Assembly: GCF_018350175.1 (NCBI RefSeq)
Contig: NC_058368.1
Span: 75,084,001-75,148,000 of the forward strand
Source: Felis catus
Lineage: Eukaryota
Length of the DNA: 64,000 bases
Direction of reading: 5' to 3'
Position numbers and translations under genes: made by a program. Below the pieces are notes generated by a model. It did no database searches and was not told where the DNA came from. It saw only the letters and a list, made by a program, of their open reading frames with translations. This document shows, piece by piece, positions 50,743 through 63,734 of the stretch. Each line of letters begins with the position of its first letter. The stretch's first letter is position 1.

Positions 50743-52144
50743 TTTTTAATTCATAGCCTTTTGGAGTATCTACTATTTCCGGTTTGGGGTATCCAGAGAG
50801 GTGATCAAGTCTCAGGATCTAAGCAGAGACTCTGGCCAGATTGTAAGTATAGAAGTATCCTTTGTGCATGAGACCTTCTGGTATGACATCGAGGACTCAG
50901 CTACTCTGTATCTTCTCTTCCTGCATGCACACAGATGGGCCATATGGGCCATACCAGCATCCCATCTCCACCCTGGACCCTCCTATTTTTTAAAGAGATG
51001 CCTTATGCATTTCAGGAAAGAAGAAAGAGGCAGGCTATCTGTTTTTTCATTTTTTCCTATCCCTTTCCGTCCAAATGAGTTTCTATATCAACTTACCTTG
51101 CCGTGTCTTTTTGGCCTTCGGTCTTGGCTGCCATATTTCTCCCCTGGGGGTGACAGGGCTGAAATATTTCCTCTCAGGTCAAGGTGGAGGTAGAATGTGG
51201 GACAACTCGTGTTACTAACACTTCTTTCACACGCTGCTGTTATCCCCCTACTTGAGAACACTCCTGCCCCCTCCCTCACCCATGGCACACCCTGGACCCC
51301 TTTCACCTTTGGCCTCTAAGAACTTCTGCGTAGAATTATATGAACAATGAAAAGGCTTGCCCATGCCTCTTCCAGTGTCTGTGATCATTCCAGAGAGAGC
51401 TCATGCAGCAACTGTGGGTTTGCAACCTACTCCAGAACTGGACTCCTCACATCCTCCATCTCGTCACCTGCTCTCTTACAACATTGGTGTCACCCTGTGG
51501 TCTGGCTGGTATTTCAAGAAACCCTCTTAAATAAAGGCAGTTAAGTGTTTCTCTCTGTAAATGCTCTTCTCCATTGGAGATGTGATAATTGCATGTGATA
51601 ATTATACTTGAAGATTTTCGAAACAATTATCCAAGCCACTCAATTGTTTTACCTTAAAAGGTTGGAAAACTTTATACAAAAAGATTTTTGGGTAATGTTC
51701 TCTGCAAAAATATTGCATTTGGAATGAACTTCTCAGAGAACCAGGGTTAGTCACTTTTACATGTCTAGCATCTAACTCGGGTCCAAGGATGTGATATAAG
51801 AAGGATGCTTTAATAATGTCCATTTTATTGGATGCTGGAAAACCAAGGGGGAATGGTGCTTGGTTTAAGAACTGGGTCTAAGTCCCAGCTGATGAGCTAA
51901 GTCAGATGTTTGCTTTTGCTAAATATTAATTGTCCTAGGATAGAAGGATAATATTGACTGTAAAAATGTGATGCATTAATATGTATAAAGTTCTTAATAA
52001 GTACAGTTATTGATGCTTAATACATTTTCAGCATACGGTAGCCATTACTTCTGTCATAGTAAGTATTGATTTTATTTCAGTATATGTACATTTACAAATC
52101 TGATTCTCCATGTACTGTATGAATCTCTGATTTGGCTTGTGTGA

Positions 52145-53040
52145 TTCCACAATAATCTAATTGATCCTGAATACTGCTGCCAAATCCCTCTTTCTTAGAA
52201 CCACTTTGATCATTTCACATTCCTATTCAAAGGCTTTGATGGTGTCATTTCCTATTATACATAGTCACAACTTTTCTGCTCAGCGCTCATGACTCACCAT
52301 GACTTGGCTTCATTCTACATATCAGTGCTAGTCAAGATTCTTTGGTTACAAAAAAACAGAAAACCACTCGAGGAATTCCAAGCAAGGGTGGTCAGAATAG
52401 CAATTTTCATAGTGCAATAGCCCTTGCGATGAACACAAGATCTAAACCACAGTGCTCAGTGAGAACATTGCTGGGAAGAGGTTGGGAAACCAATCTCTTC
52501 TTGTGTTCCAGAAATGGCAGACCCTCTGCCTTCTCTGCTTCAGAGTTTCTTCCATTAGGGAATGACAGTGCATGGCCACCAATGTCCAATCAATATGACT
52601 GCATAGGACCAACAATTCCCAACTACTAGCTACAGCCTCTGAATCTTTTCAGATGTTTTCAGCCATCCACCTCTGCTGGAGAAGTGACAGAGTTTGGGAG
52701 GAACCAGGTGGGTGGATTGTGCTTTTCAGGCATTGGCTGTTAATACCAACACTACAAAGATTAGAAATTATCTTTTTGTTACAGATTATCTCTATAAAGA
52801 CTCTACATACAATGGAGTATCCAATAGAAGTTTCCAGGATACACCTTCTATGTTATTCAGTCATGTCTCTCCTGTAATCAGGAAGTAAACACATTCCAAC
52901 CTTCCCCATTGTGTTTGCTCCCAACACCCAGGCTTTAACAAACAAGTAGCATCTTTCTCTTCTTTACTTCTACAAGCTTGCTAGGGTCTTAGACTGGGCA
53001 TAGATACACGCTTAATAAGTGGGTAGATGAATGAATGAAT
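52145..53040 (+). mobile_element. L2 fragment ending in (GAAT)n, probably split by an old MLT1-type LTR (about 52320-52780)
   Basis: CTGCTGCCAAA..TTTGATCATTTCACATTCCTATTCAAA and terminal GAATGAATGAAT. Insert begins GTCAAGATTCTTTGGTTACAAAAAAACAGAAAACCACTC. Confidence 0.5.
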
Positions 53041-53819
53041 ACCATTTGCCAGGATTGTTCCAGTTTCCACTGTTTCTCATTGCTGTGCATCCAGAAATTT
53101 TTCTGTTTACTCCATAAAATTTGGCTCACAATTGATGTAATTTTTGAAAAGGAGTTTCTTTAAGCCATCCGTACACTTCCTGTTGTTACATGTGTGCTAA
53201 TCAGATCTTCTTTGGGTGTGACACATCCTAGGGCCGAAATTATATCTAGTCTTCTACTATGTCTTAAAATCTCTTTTTAACACTAAGATCATGGCTTGTA
53301 TACAATAAATGCCTGTTGGACCAGGCCAACATTGGGTCAAAACCAGACCAAACTAATTCGGAAAACTGGATTTGCTTTTATATTTTATGGGGGAATCGTG
53401 ATACGAAAATCATTGGCAAAATCATAATTTTCTTATGTTATTCTGAACAATCATTGCCCATTGTTCATTGTTCGAAAAATAACACCTCAATGATATCATT
53501 TGCCTCTGATCTTATTTAAAACTTTTCATAGCAAAGTGAAATTGAAGAATGATAACATACAGAAGTGAGACAATGGCCTGGATTATAACTTCAGTTTTTA
53601 GCCAGCACAAGAATGTGAAAGTAGGACTTGAGCGAGCTCCGTTCAACATGTTAACATCAAGGGACTCAGTCAATATGCATCAGAGCCTTCAACAATATTA
53701 TTGCCACAGCTATCAATGAAGAAGAAGCTCTAACAGCTCATGTTGTTAAATATCTTAAAAGTGATTGAAGAGAAGGTTTTGAAGCATGTAGTCATAAGTC
53801 TGTAACAACAGCATCAATG

Positions 53820-54080
53820 CTTAGTGACCACCAACTATTTGTCAGGTATTCCATTAATTGCTATACATAGATTGTCTATTGTATCATCATAGCTATGGAA
53901 GGGTTTACTTATTAGTAAATAAGTTTATTATTTACTTATTAGTAAATAAGTTTATTATCCCATGAAACTGAGGCTGAAGTTGTGCTAGTAATTTGCCTAA
54001 GGATGCAGCCAATCGGTGATCGATTTCTAATTCAAAGGTGTTTGGACTTTGTAATCTGCATTAGCTCCAGGCCAAACAGA
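53820..54080 (-). mobile_element. MIR containing a 27-bp tandem duplication
   Basis: TTATTATCCCATGAAACTGAGGCT..GTAATTTGCCTAAGG. Confidence 0.65.
53904..53958. repeat. Perfect 27-bp tandem duplication
   Basis: TTTACTTATTAGTAAATAAGTTTATTA twice. Confidence 0.96.
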
Positions 54081-54903
54081 TAATTAAAAATCCCTGATGA
54101 AACTAAATAGGGTCTTGGGGGGCGGGGGGGGGGGAGGGGTTGCTTGTTTCTTTTTGTAGAACACAGTTGATTTGGGGTACATTTATCTTTCAAAATGTAA
54201 AAAGCGAAAATTATGTTGAACCCTTAGTAATTTTGAATGTGATTTATTGAGAAGACATTAAAACTAGATCATTAGCTCTTTGAGAAACATCAAACGTGGG
54301 AAGAAATTATTTTTAAATGAAGTTCTCTCTCTCCACTTTCTTTTATTGTTCAAAACTTTTATTGAACTTGATGGTTCATAGAACCATAAACTCTGAATCT
54401 TTGGTGTACTTATTATATAATTTTCTATAGTTTCAGAGGAATTCCTTAATGCAAAAATGTCATTTGAATTCTAACTTCAAATAATTGCAGTGTGCCACAT
54501 CATGGATGACTCATATCTTTTGCTAAGCCCAATGAAGCATAGATCCCCTTGCAATGGTAAGAGAGATACATGGTATTATGTTGTCTTATGTTTTCTTCTC
54601 TTTCTCTTAATGACTAAAGAAGTTGAAAAGCCTAATTTGGGAACCTGAAAATAGTTCTTAATTCATCTGATTCTCTTCTGGTGAGTATGGCATTTCCAGC
54701 TTGACTTTATAGTTTAACCTAAATTTTATTTATCTTTGCTTAGAATAGGATGAAGTGAGGTCTATGGCTCTGGTGAGTGCCCTGGTCAAGCTAAAGGATA
54801 AAGAGAAAATTCAGGTGCCTCAGTAAGCTTTTACCACATTGAGGTAGGAACTAGGGTTCTATCAACTCCAATGTACCCATGGACTAGACAGGTGATGGGA
54901 AAG

Positions 54904-55187
54904 TGTGACAGACACTGACGTAAGCAGGTGACTCTTAAACTGTGTGTTGCGTACCTTGCAGAATCTCAGAGAACTCCCCACGTGCAGTGACTATGTGTTA
55001 TCTTCTCTGAGTATGGGTAGGAGTTTAACTGGCTTCCAACCAAGAGATTTTGGCAATGGTAGAAGGAGATACCATTATCCATGACAAAGGATTCTGCAGC
55101 TGTTCCAAGGTGCTTAATTAGTGGACTTCATGTTAATCAAAAGGGAGAATATCCTGGGTGGGTTTGGCTTAATCAGGTGAGTCCTTC
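54904..55187 (+). mobile_element. 5' half of an MLT1E/F-like MaLR LTR
   Basis: TGTGACAGACACTG start and GTTAATCAAAAGGGAGAATATCCTGGGTGGG..TAATCAGGTGAGTCCTT. Confidence 0.75.
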
Positions 55188-55620
55188 ATATATGAGCGGA
55201 ATCATATGGTATTTGTCTTTCTCTGACTTATTTTGCTTAGTATAATACACACTCTAGCTCCATCCACGTCGTTGCAGATGGCAAGATTCCTTTTTTTTCC
55301 CGATGACTGAATAATAGTATATAATATATTGTATATATAATATATATGATATATATTATATATACTATATATAGTATATAATATATAAAATAATATATAA
55401 TAATAAATATATAATATATACTATATATATGATATATATACTACATATATAGTATATATATAATATATACTATATATATATCATATATATATACATATAT
55501 ATGTAACATATTTTTTATCCATTCATCAGTTGATGGTCATTTGGATTCTTTTCATAATTTAGCTATTGTTGATTATGCTGCTACAAATATCAGGGTGCAT
55601 GAGCCCTTTTGAATCAATAT
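55186..55620 (-). mobile_element. Carnivore L1 fragment (ORF2 end / 3'UTR start) with an internal AT expansion
   Basis: ATCATATGGTATTTGTCTTTCTCTGACTTATTT..CCATCCACGTCGTTGCAGATGGCAAGATT..TTTATCCATTCATCAGTTGATGG. Confidence 0.9.
55311..55503. repeat. AT-rich expansion containing palindromes
   Basis: Read directly; 55331-55365 is a near-perfect palindrome. Confidence 0.93.
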
Positions 55621-56186
55621 CAAACTACCTTTATTTATGCAGTCTGAAAGCCTAAAAGCCTGCTTGAAACTTAGAAATGGTGTGAGCCTACACCATTATT
55701 CTTATCTTCTCAGAAATATTTTCGTATAGGATTATATCAACATACTCCTGAAAAGACGGATTGTTCAACTTCCACACTGAACATTGCATGGCTTTATAAG
55801 GGTAACGTTCTTACCCTAACTTTTCCAAGTCTTCCCAAGAGTACCTCAACCTTTTGTTTTTTTTTTTTTTTTGGTCGTCTCCACTGATCAATACCCTTGT
55901 CATTGTTTTGTGAATCCAAAAGAATAAATATTTGTTATTTTTTTTTAATAAATACTGTTTGAGTGGTTTTATACGTTCAGGCACTATTCTAGGCCTAGGG
56001 ACATAAAGTGGCTCCTGGGCCCATATGTGTAAGCGTAGCGTACACAGAGGCTTTCAATTACAGGAAATAATTGAAAGAAGACATAATGTATGAGAGAGAT
56101 GGGAAAGAAGAACGGAAGACCCTGGGAATTTTTATAAATGAAGAAATACACGAACAATCCTATTGCGTGTAAAAGCCAGCGCACTA

Positions 56187-56217
<31 letters not shown>

Positions 56218-56222
56218 CAAAA
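56187..56222. repeat. (AAAAC)n repeat
   Basis: Read directly. Confidence 0.93.
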
Positions 56223-58254
56223 GCAAAAATCATATATCAGTATTTCCTGTGTATTGCCAAAGTTTTAAATATTTAGCAATAATGGTTGGTAAGTATTAAC
56301 TTGGGTAAATTTGAGACATATACACATGATTAAAAGCAACAATAGCATTATAGAAAGTCCTTATTTCAATTCTCAAACTATCCTAGGGAAAACTTCTTTT
56401 TTTCTTTTTTTCAAAATAAATTATCCCAAAATGATAGCCTGTGATTTTCCGTGTGCTTTAATGGATTTTGTCCAAAAACCTGTCAAGCTACAGCAGTCAT
56501 CAATAAGGTCTTGCGGTTTTCGGGAGAGATCAAAGGAGGCTTTCATAATGCATCAAACATGTGTGTTTATAATATATCATAAACATTCAAATGGATGTGA
56601 CCACGAGCTCCTTAATAAGGCTATATAGTAGACTTTAAGTTAAGCCATTGGGTTCATTTTCACTTTTGATTTGAAACACTGTACCTTGGGTTCCGCTAAG
56701 CTGAACATTGTTTTTAATCTCGCTGGATCACTTGATTGGTTTCATCCTAATGCCCTGTTCATACCATATTTTGACCTTAGGCAGAGACCTCTCTGGATAC
56801 CAGAGGGCTGAAGAGATTGCGAGATTCTCAACCGATTTACAGAATGCCATCAGCTTCATGGTAATTTTCAATTCTTATGCATGAATCCCATGGCAGGCCA
56901 TAAATATATTTATTGGAAAGATGCAATTTACTTTTTTTTTAAAAAATAGTACAATATATGAATAAAGTTAAAGCATATGAGGTCTTGTAGTCAGGAAATT
57001 AACGTTCTTTTGTTCTATCAAAACCACACACGCAAACTTGACAGAAATTTCTTATGAATTACTAATGGAGGTTTAATCCTGACAAGGCTTTATTTGTTCA
57101 AGAGTCAGCTCCTGGGTCTGGTTGCTCAGAAAGCCAATTATCAGAAAATATCGTCTTGCGGCTGTCATTCAGAGACAGACACGGAGGACAGTTTAGTTTG
57201 GTTGCAGGGCAGCTCCTGGGCCACAGCTGCTGGCCCAGGACCACTGGAAAAGGCTGCTTTGCGTACTGACCTTGTGGTAATTGAGGTTATGAAAAGGCTC
57301 TTGTTCTCAGAACTCTTGAATGAGCGCCTCTCCCAGAGGGACCCAGCAGGACCCTTGAGGCGAGCAGACCCCCCTTGAAATCCTGGACTGTTCAGAATCT
57401 CAGGCGTAGGCCGGGCGAGGTCAGGTCAAGAAACAAATGTTAGGGATGGGTATCAGAAATGCCAGAGAGTAGCCCATTCATCTAAAATCCCCGATTCTGA
57501 TTCTTTGCGTTGTTTTGCTGGATGTTCTCTTTCATCTGCTCTGCACCAAAAATAAGCACAGGAACTGAAATCTGTTAACACTTTAACCTGGGTGTCACGT
57601 CAAACCTTCTCTTGCTGAGTTGTGGCCGTCCTACCATTAAAAGCCATGGGGTGGTGGTGGGGACCGATTTCTTTGGTGCAACAAACCGATGCATGCGTGG
57701 AAACTGACAGCTTTCTATCATCTGAGCTGGGCACCAAACCCAGCGCCTCAATCTTTCCTCTCCCACAGTAATTGTCATTCCTGTTAGGTGGGAATTAACA
57801 GGGAAGTGGTCAAGGAAAATAGGTCAAGGAAAATAGAGATAATTATCCCAATCAAATAAATTGCACAACAGCGTTTTTAGAAAAGCATCTCCCATCAATT
57901 AGTTGTGCTGTTACCTATGATTGATGTGATAAGTTTGTTTTTTTTTTTTAATTAGTAACAACAGTTACCAAGAAGGAAAATTATTGATAGCTCAGTGGGT
58001 TTTAAGGGTCAAGATTAAACATGCTGGGTTTTAAGTATGATATAAAAGATAATAGCTTTTATTTATGTATTTATTAAATAGTCTTTTATTTATGTATTAC
58101 GCAAACGAAGAGTAAACATTTGTAATTATTGTCTGGCAGGTAGTTGTTTTATATTTTCAATTAAAGTGTGAGTATATGTGTGCACAGTTAAAAAAAAAGG
58201 AGCCAGTTGTTTTTTTTTTTTTAATTTATTCGACAAATATTTATGGTGCTTCTT

Positions 58255-58464
58255 TTTTTTTTTTTAACGTTTATTTGTTTTTGAGACAGAGACAGAGCAT
58301 GAACGGGGGAAGGGCGGAGAGAGAGGGAGACACAGAATCGGAAGCAGGCTCCAGGCGTGGAGCCATCAGCCCAGAGCCCGAAGCGGGGCTCGAGCTCACG
58401 CGCCATCAGATCGTGACCTGAGTCGAAGTCGAACGTTTAACCGACTGAGCCACCCAGGCGCCCC
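58255..58464 (-). mobile_element. Felid Can-SINE
   Basis: TSD TTTATGGTGCTTCTT at 58240-58254 and 58465-58479. Confidence 0.97.
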
Positions 58465-59356
58465 TTTATGGTGCTTCTTAATTATGTTCTGGGAAGGATG
58501 GGAAAGGCCAGAGATACAGTGGTTAGGAAAGATGACAGTCAATGCCATGACAGGGCTTACAGTCCGGTACTGCTCATTTTCTAGTGGAACATGAATAGAG
58601 TAAAATGTGCAAGACTACTCCGTAGTTTTCAAGATCTGAGAAGTTGATACCCACCCACAGTAAAGAATTCTGTGATAAAAGGAGCAACAAAACGTTTTCC
58701 AATTCTCTTCTGAAGTAGTTTGAACCCTTGGAACAATATCTCAGCCAACAAGGTCACACTTCTAACAGGGGAATTGTAGTAAAATAGAAGTTCTAGTCGC
58801 CACATTTATTTCTCGTTTCTCATTTCTTTTGATACCTCTGCGGTCTAGGCTCGCGTGCATTAACTTGGCCACTTTGATAACCTTTTCACATGGCTCCCTG
58901 GAGAAGCTGAGTATCAGCTAAGGTTTTCGTATAAAATTCTGTCAAGAACTGGTAGACTTTGTGCGAGTCTAAGTTAAAGCTGAGCTCAAAAGATGACTTA
59001 CTGCTTCTAGTGAATTTTTATCCAATGTTAAAATAATGCTTCTAAGAGTGAACTAAGTGGTATAAAACAATTTTAGTCCAGTGATCAGTTTAATGGGGTG
59101 GGTGGCAAAAGTGTTTGTGGATGTCACATTGTTGGGTGATTCACTTTCCTTTGATATGAATTTTTCATGATAATGCATAATTCACGTCCAGATAGTTCTA
59201 CTATTTTGAAATTAAGTAAACGTATATATGATCGTAGTTAACTACGTGGAGAGGGTAAATGGGGGAAGGTAGATGATTGGTAGTTGGTGGGTTGAGAATG
59301 TAGAATGTGTAGTAATATTGCTTGGAAAATAGATAATTCAAATAACCTATATTGTG

Positions 59357-59545
59357 TTATTATTATTATTATTATTATTTACTATTTGTTTATTTTTGAG
59401 AGAGAGGGTGGGGGCAGAGGGAGACAGAAGATCCGAAGCAGGATCTCCACTTTCAGCGTAGACCGAGGCTCGAACTCACTAACCGTGAGACCATGACCTG
59501 AACCAAAGTCAGACGCTTCACCAACTGAGTCACCCAGGTGGCCCC
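59357..59545 (-). mobile_element. Can-SINE with a (TTA)n tail
   Basis: ATCCGAAGCAGG..GGCTCGAACTCAC..ACTGAGTCACCCAGGTGGCCCC. Confidence 0.92.
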
Positions 59546-59717
59546 TATCTTATGACTTTAAAACAGCACAATGCACAGTAAACTTAGACGGTTACAGAAT
59601 CTAATTTGTTTTTCACTTATGAGTTAATTCAAACAATGTACCCAAAAATCTAATGAGAAAATAAAATATTGTACAGAAACTACAATAGGATTTCCAAATG
59701 GTTCAAGTCTAAATCAG

Positions 59718-59962
59718 CTTTCTTTCTTTTTTTTTTTCAAATTTTTTTAAAGTTATTTTTTTTTTTAGAGAGAGAGAGAGAGTGCCCAGAAGCAGGGGAG
59801 GGGCAGAGAGAGAGGGAGAGAGAGAATCCGAAGCAGGCTCCATGCTGTCAATGCAGAGCTCGATGCAGGGCTTGATCCCATGAACCAAATCAACTGTGAG
59901 ATCATGACCTGAGCTGAAATCAAGAGTCGGAGGCTCAACCGACTGAGCTACCAAGGTAACCC
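59718..59962 (-). mobile_element. Can-SINE
   Basis: (GA)n, AATCCGAAGCAGGCTCC, GAAATCAAGAGTCGG, GACTGAGCTACC. Confidence 0.93.
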
Positions 59963-61329
59963 TAAGTTTATTTCATTTATACTTTCTCTCATTTCTACTT
60001 TGTGAAGGTTAACTGTAGTACAGTTAATGGACGATTCCTTTGCTGTTATTTATTATGAAATGTCTTCCCTCTACAGTTATCCCCTACTTCTCAAAAGTTT
60101 GTGTTACTCTACTTTGCTTCTATGAAAGACCTACGTTAGTTCCTGGTTTTACTAACTGAAAGAAACCAAAAGGGACTTTCGCTCTTACAGAAAAGGCGAA
60201 AACATGCGTTTGGACTTTGTTTGGCAGGGAGCCCTGGAGGCAGCTCGCCCCCAGCAGCGAGAGTGGCGCCACCAAGCACCTTTCCTTGGAACTACACTCG
60301 GCGTCTCGGCATTAAGCTGGGTGTCTTTGAACCTTGTCTGCGGGCATCTGTGCTTTATCACATTTCATTTTGTGTGTCCATCAGCAAGATGTGTCCCAAG
60401 GTATCAGAAAAGCCTCGGAGAGGTGATTTTTGGGGTCTCGGAGATGCTCAGTATTCTTCGATATAAATGAACGATAAATGTTCTCTTACTTTCATTTTGG
60501 CTTACAAAAGATTTTATAGCAATGCTCTGTTGTCAGATAGTGCAGGGAAGCTGTATTGTTGTGTAATTATGGCTGACATTAAAAGCAGATACCAGCTGAT
60601 TATGACTGATTTTCGACTTATGTATCAGATCTATAGATGTTGGAAGATGGTTTGCTTTTTGATAAAAAGCAGAGAGACGCATGGGAAAATCCTGTTTAAG
60701 GTTCTCTTGCCGTATTTGTCTACTGAGCTCACTAGGATTGCTTACATAACTCCTTCCCACCTCTGTGGAATAACGATCTGGAATACCATCTCCCTTCAAC
60801 AGGAAACAGGTAGCTTTCACATCGCGAGTCTTATGTACAGATTTTTGAATACCTCAAATCGTAAACCCCCAAGAATTCTGTCCTTCACTCACTGTTATAT
60901 CTGAGTTACACATGGAGATTGAGGTATTGAAAATGTTGACTTGGTGTTTACATAAATGGATTGTCTTTACCATTTCAGTGCCCTTTCACACCACCACCGA
61001 TTAGTAAGCGCTTCTTAGATTAGAATGGGAATGAACACAATAGAAAATTGTAAGTTGAACATGAGACTGTCATTCGGTCTTTTGAAAACATCTGTATCCT
61101 ATCACGCTGGCATCCAATAAATGGAGAAGACATTGAAGCCTCAAGGAAGGACCCTGCACTGACCAGTGGAAGAAAACTGATCTCAGAGTTTCTTGATAGG
61201 AGTTACATTTCCCCTGTACTTTGTTGGTCCTTCCAATGGATTGGTTCAGGTATTAGTTCTAGAAGGTTTTCTTAGATTGAGATGTAAATATTAGTTCTGT
61301 TCCCCTGTTTTGTTCTTACTCCCCAGGCA

Positions 61330-62100
61330 TGCCAATTATAGGCATAGTATTTCTCATTTGGCAGTCTTTTATTTTCACATCTTTCTCCTTAAACTTCTGG
61401 AATCTTTTTTTTTCCCCCTTTCACATTCTCACTTGGTTGTTTTCCTACTTTTCTTCAAAGATCATTTGAAAATTATCTTTTGAGTATGTTCCCTTGAGTG
61501 TCTTGACATTTAGTTATTTCTGAGTTAATTTTGTCTCTTCTTGTGCATTTCTTCTAAGTTCAGTAAGTTCTTATTTTTCTTAATTTGGTGTCCTTTCCTT
61601 TCAGTTTTGAATTTATAAGTTTGTTTATGATATTTTTGAGAGAGAGAAAGAGACAGAGCGTGAGCAGGGGAGAGGGAGGGTGAGGGTAAAGAGAGAGGGA
61701 GACACAGAATCTGAACCAGGCTGCACGCTCTGAACTGTCAGCATAGATCCTGACATGGGGCTCGAACTCCTGAACCGTGAGATCATGACCTGAGCTGAAG
61801 TCGGATGCTCAACCCACTGAATCACCCAGGCGCCCCTTGAATTTCTACTCAAGGTGGTTTTCATATCCCTGAATGCACTTTTGAGAAGATTTAATTTAGT
61901 TTGGATTGGAGCCTGACAGTTTTCCTCTGCTTCAAGACCGATTGTTTTGAGGGGCAATTTTCATCAGTTGATGTGTGTTCAACATAATTTTCTGATTATT
62001 TGTAACAAACATGTAGGACTTTACTATTTTTCCCCATTCACTTTTGTTATTGGTGTGGTTGATAAGAGCTCTATTTCAGTGATATCCTCTTCTGTTAGCA
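61330..62100 (-). mobile_element. Ancient L1/HAL1-like fragment, interrupted by a SINE
   Basis: Long T-rich antisense-L1-like composition; family uncertain. Confidence 0.4.
61615..61836 (-). mobile_element. Felid Can-SINE
   Basis: Ends ATCACCCAGGCGCCCC. TSD core TTGAATTT. Confidence 0.95.
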
Positions 62101-62124
62101 TAGCAAAATCCTGATCCTTAATGG

Positions 62125-62125
<1 letters not shown>

Positions 62126-62156
<31 letters not shown>
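62126..62156. repeat. (TG)15 microsatellite
   Basis: Read directly. Confidence 0.96.
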
Positions 62157-62157
<1 letters not shown>

Positions 62158-62612
62158 GGTGGTGCATTTGGGTAGTTGCACAATTTTGAATTAAGATTGT
62201 TTACTTTGTTCTATTTGTCACTGAGGGCCACCTATTTCCCTTTTATTGCTTCTTTTCATTTCCACCTCATTTTCACCATTTGGTAAAAGGTGGCTCACTC
62301 TTTCCTCTTTGCCGCCTTCTCCCCGGAGAGACAGAGACAATGAAAACTGCCCCCTTGGACGGCCATCTTTTAGGTCCTTTGCCTGTACACTGTGCTTTGG
62401 GGTCGCAGAACATCCTTCCTCCTTCAGCATGTTCGGGGTCAGAGGGGACTCATTCTTTCATGTCTGCTTCCCTCCGGTTGCCCATACCTCTTCTCTCCTT
62501 GTCGATTTCTCTTCTGTCTGCCTTGCTTGCCTCAGAGCTTGGCGGTGGAGTGTAGGGCTTGCCCACTGGGCTTCAGGTCCCATGCAGGGTTACTTTTTGG
62601 TATATATAACTC

Positions 62613-62614
<2 letters not shown>

Positions 62615-62658
<44 letters not shown>
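62615..62658. repeat. (TA)22 microsatellite abutting a SINE head
   Basis: Read directly. Confidence 0.96.
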
Positions 62659-62660
<2 letters not shown>

Positions 62661-62810
62661 AGTGCCTGGGTGGCTCAGTTGTTTGAGTGTCTGACTTCAG
62701 CTCGGGTCATGATCTCAGGGTTCATGAGCTCGAGCTCTGCGTCTGGCTCTGTGCTCACAGCTCGGAGCCTGGAGCCTGCTTGGGATTCTGTCTCCCCTCC
62801 CCCTCAAATA
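62659..62810 (+). mobile_element. Can-SINE with a shortened tail followed by (CA)n
   Basis: GGAGTGCCTGGGTGGCTCAGTTG..GGAGCCTGGAGCCTGCTTGGGATTCTG. Confidence 0.92.
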
Positions 62811-63469
62811 CACACACACATACATACATGCTTTTGGTCCACTGTCATTTTCTTCATCTACACCTACCACGTCACCCGTTTCTTAACTCTTACTAGTTTT
62901 TCCTTATTTCTTGAAGTTATCATATAAAACTCATTGGGGAAATAAAAAGGGAATTAAAATATTTAACTACCCACCAAAGAATGGAAGGATATCAAGTTAG
63001 GCCTTTTATATATAACAACAGCAACAAAAGAAGTGTCCCAGCGCTTACCCTGTTTATCACCAGGTTTTTACACTTAACAATGTACTTTGAGACATTTCTC
63101 CTTATAGCTAAATGGAATCAGTTTTATAACGCCATATTAAAAAATTCTAATTTTGAAAACTGATTTCTTTTTGGTTGGTTTTGTTTTGTACCCTTGCAAA
63201 AAGTTATATAAAAAAAAAGAAGACCCTAACAGCAAGTAATATGCTTTATTAATCCCAGTGGACACATTCCTTAAAGTGTTATGAACACAAATAATCACTT
63301 ACTAAAAATATTTATTGTACTCGGTCAAAATGCCCTCTGAAACGTCAACATAATTTATGCTTTAATAGGTCTTAGGGAAAAATGAGCATTTATTTGCCTG
63401 AAATCCTAATGGCACTAAATATTGTGCATTTTAAGTTCAATCTTGCAGAGGTGTTAGACAAACATTTTA

Positions 63470-63675
63470 TGTATGGAGTGTCTTAATTTATATTTCTTGA
63501 ATAATTGAATATACCCTTCTGTATCAGTTATGGGGTCTTTTGTTATTTTCTTTTGTGAGTCACATGCTCATATTTTTGAATTTCTATTATAATTGCTTTT
63601 TCCTAATTCTGAAAATGTTTATGTATTAGTTATATAACTAATATGTCTTTTTAAGCTTATTTATTTACTTTGAGA

Positions 63676-63734
<59 letters not shown>

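Noticed and set aside
60467..60904. 145-aa ATG ORF
   Set aside because: No recognisable homology and a composition typical of chance ORFs. BLASTP or PhyloCSF would settle it.
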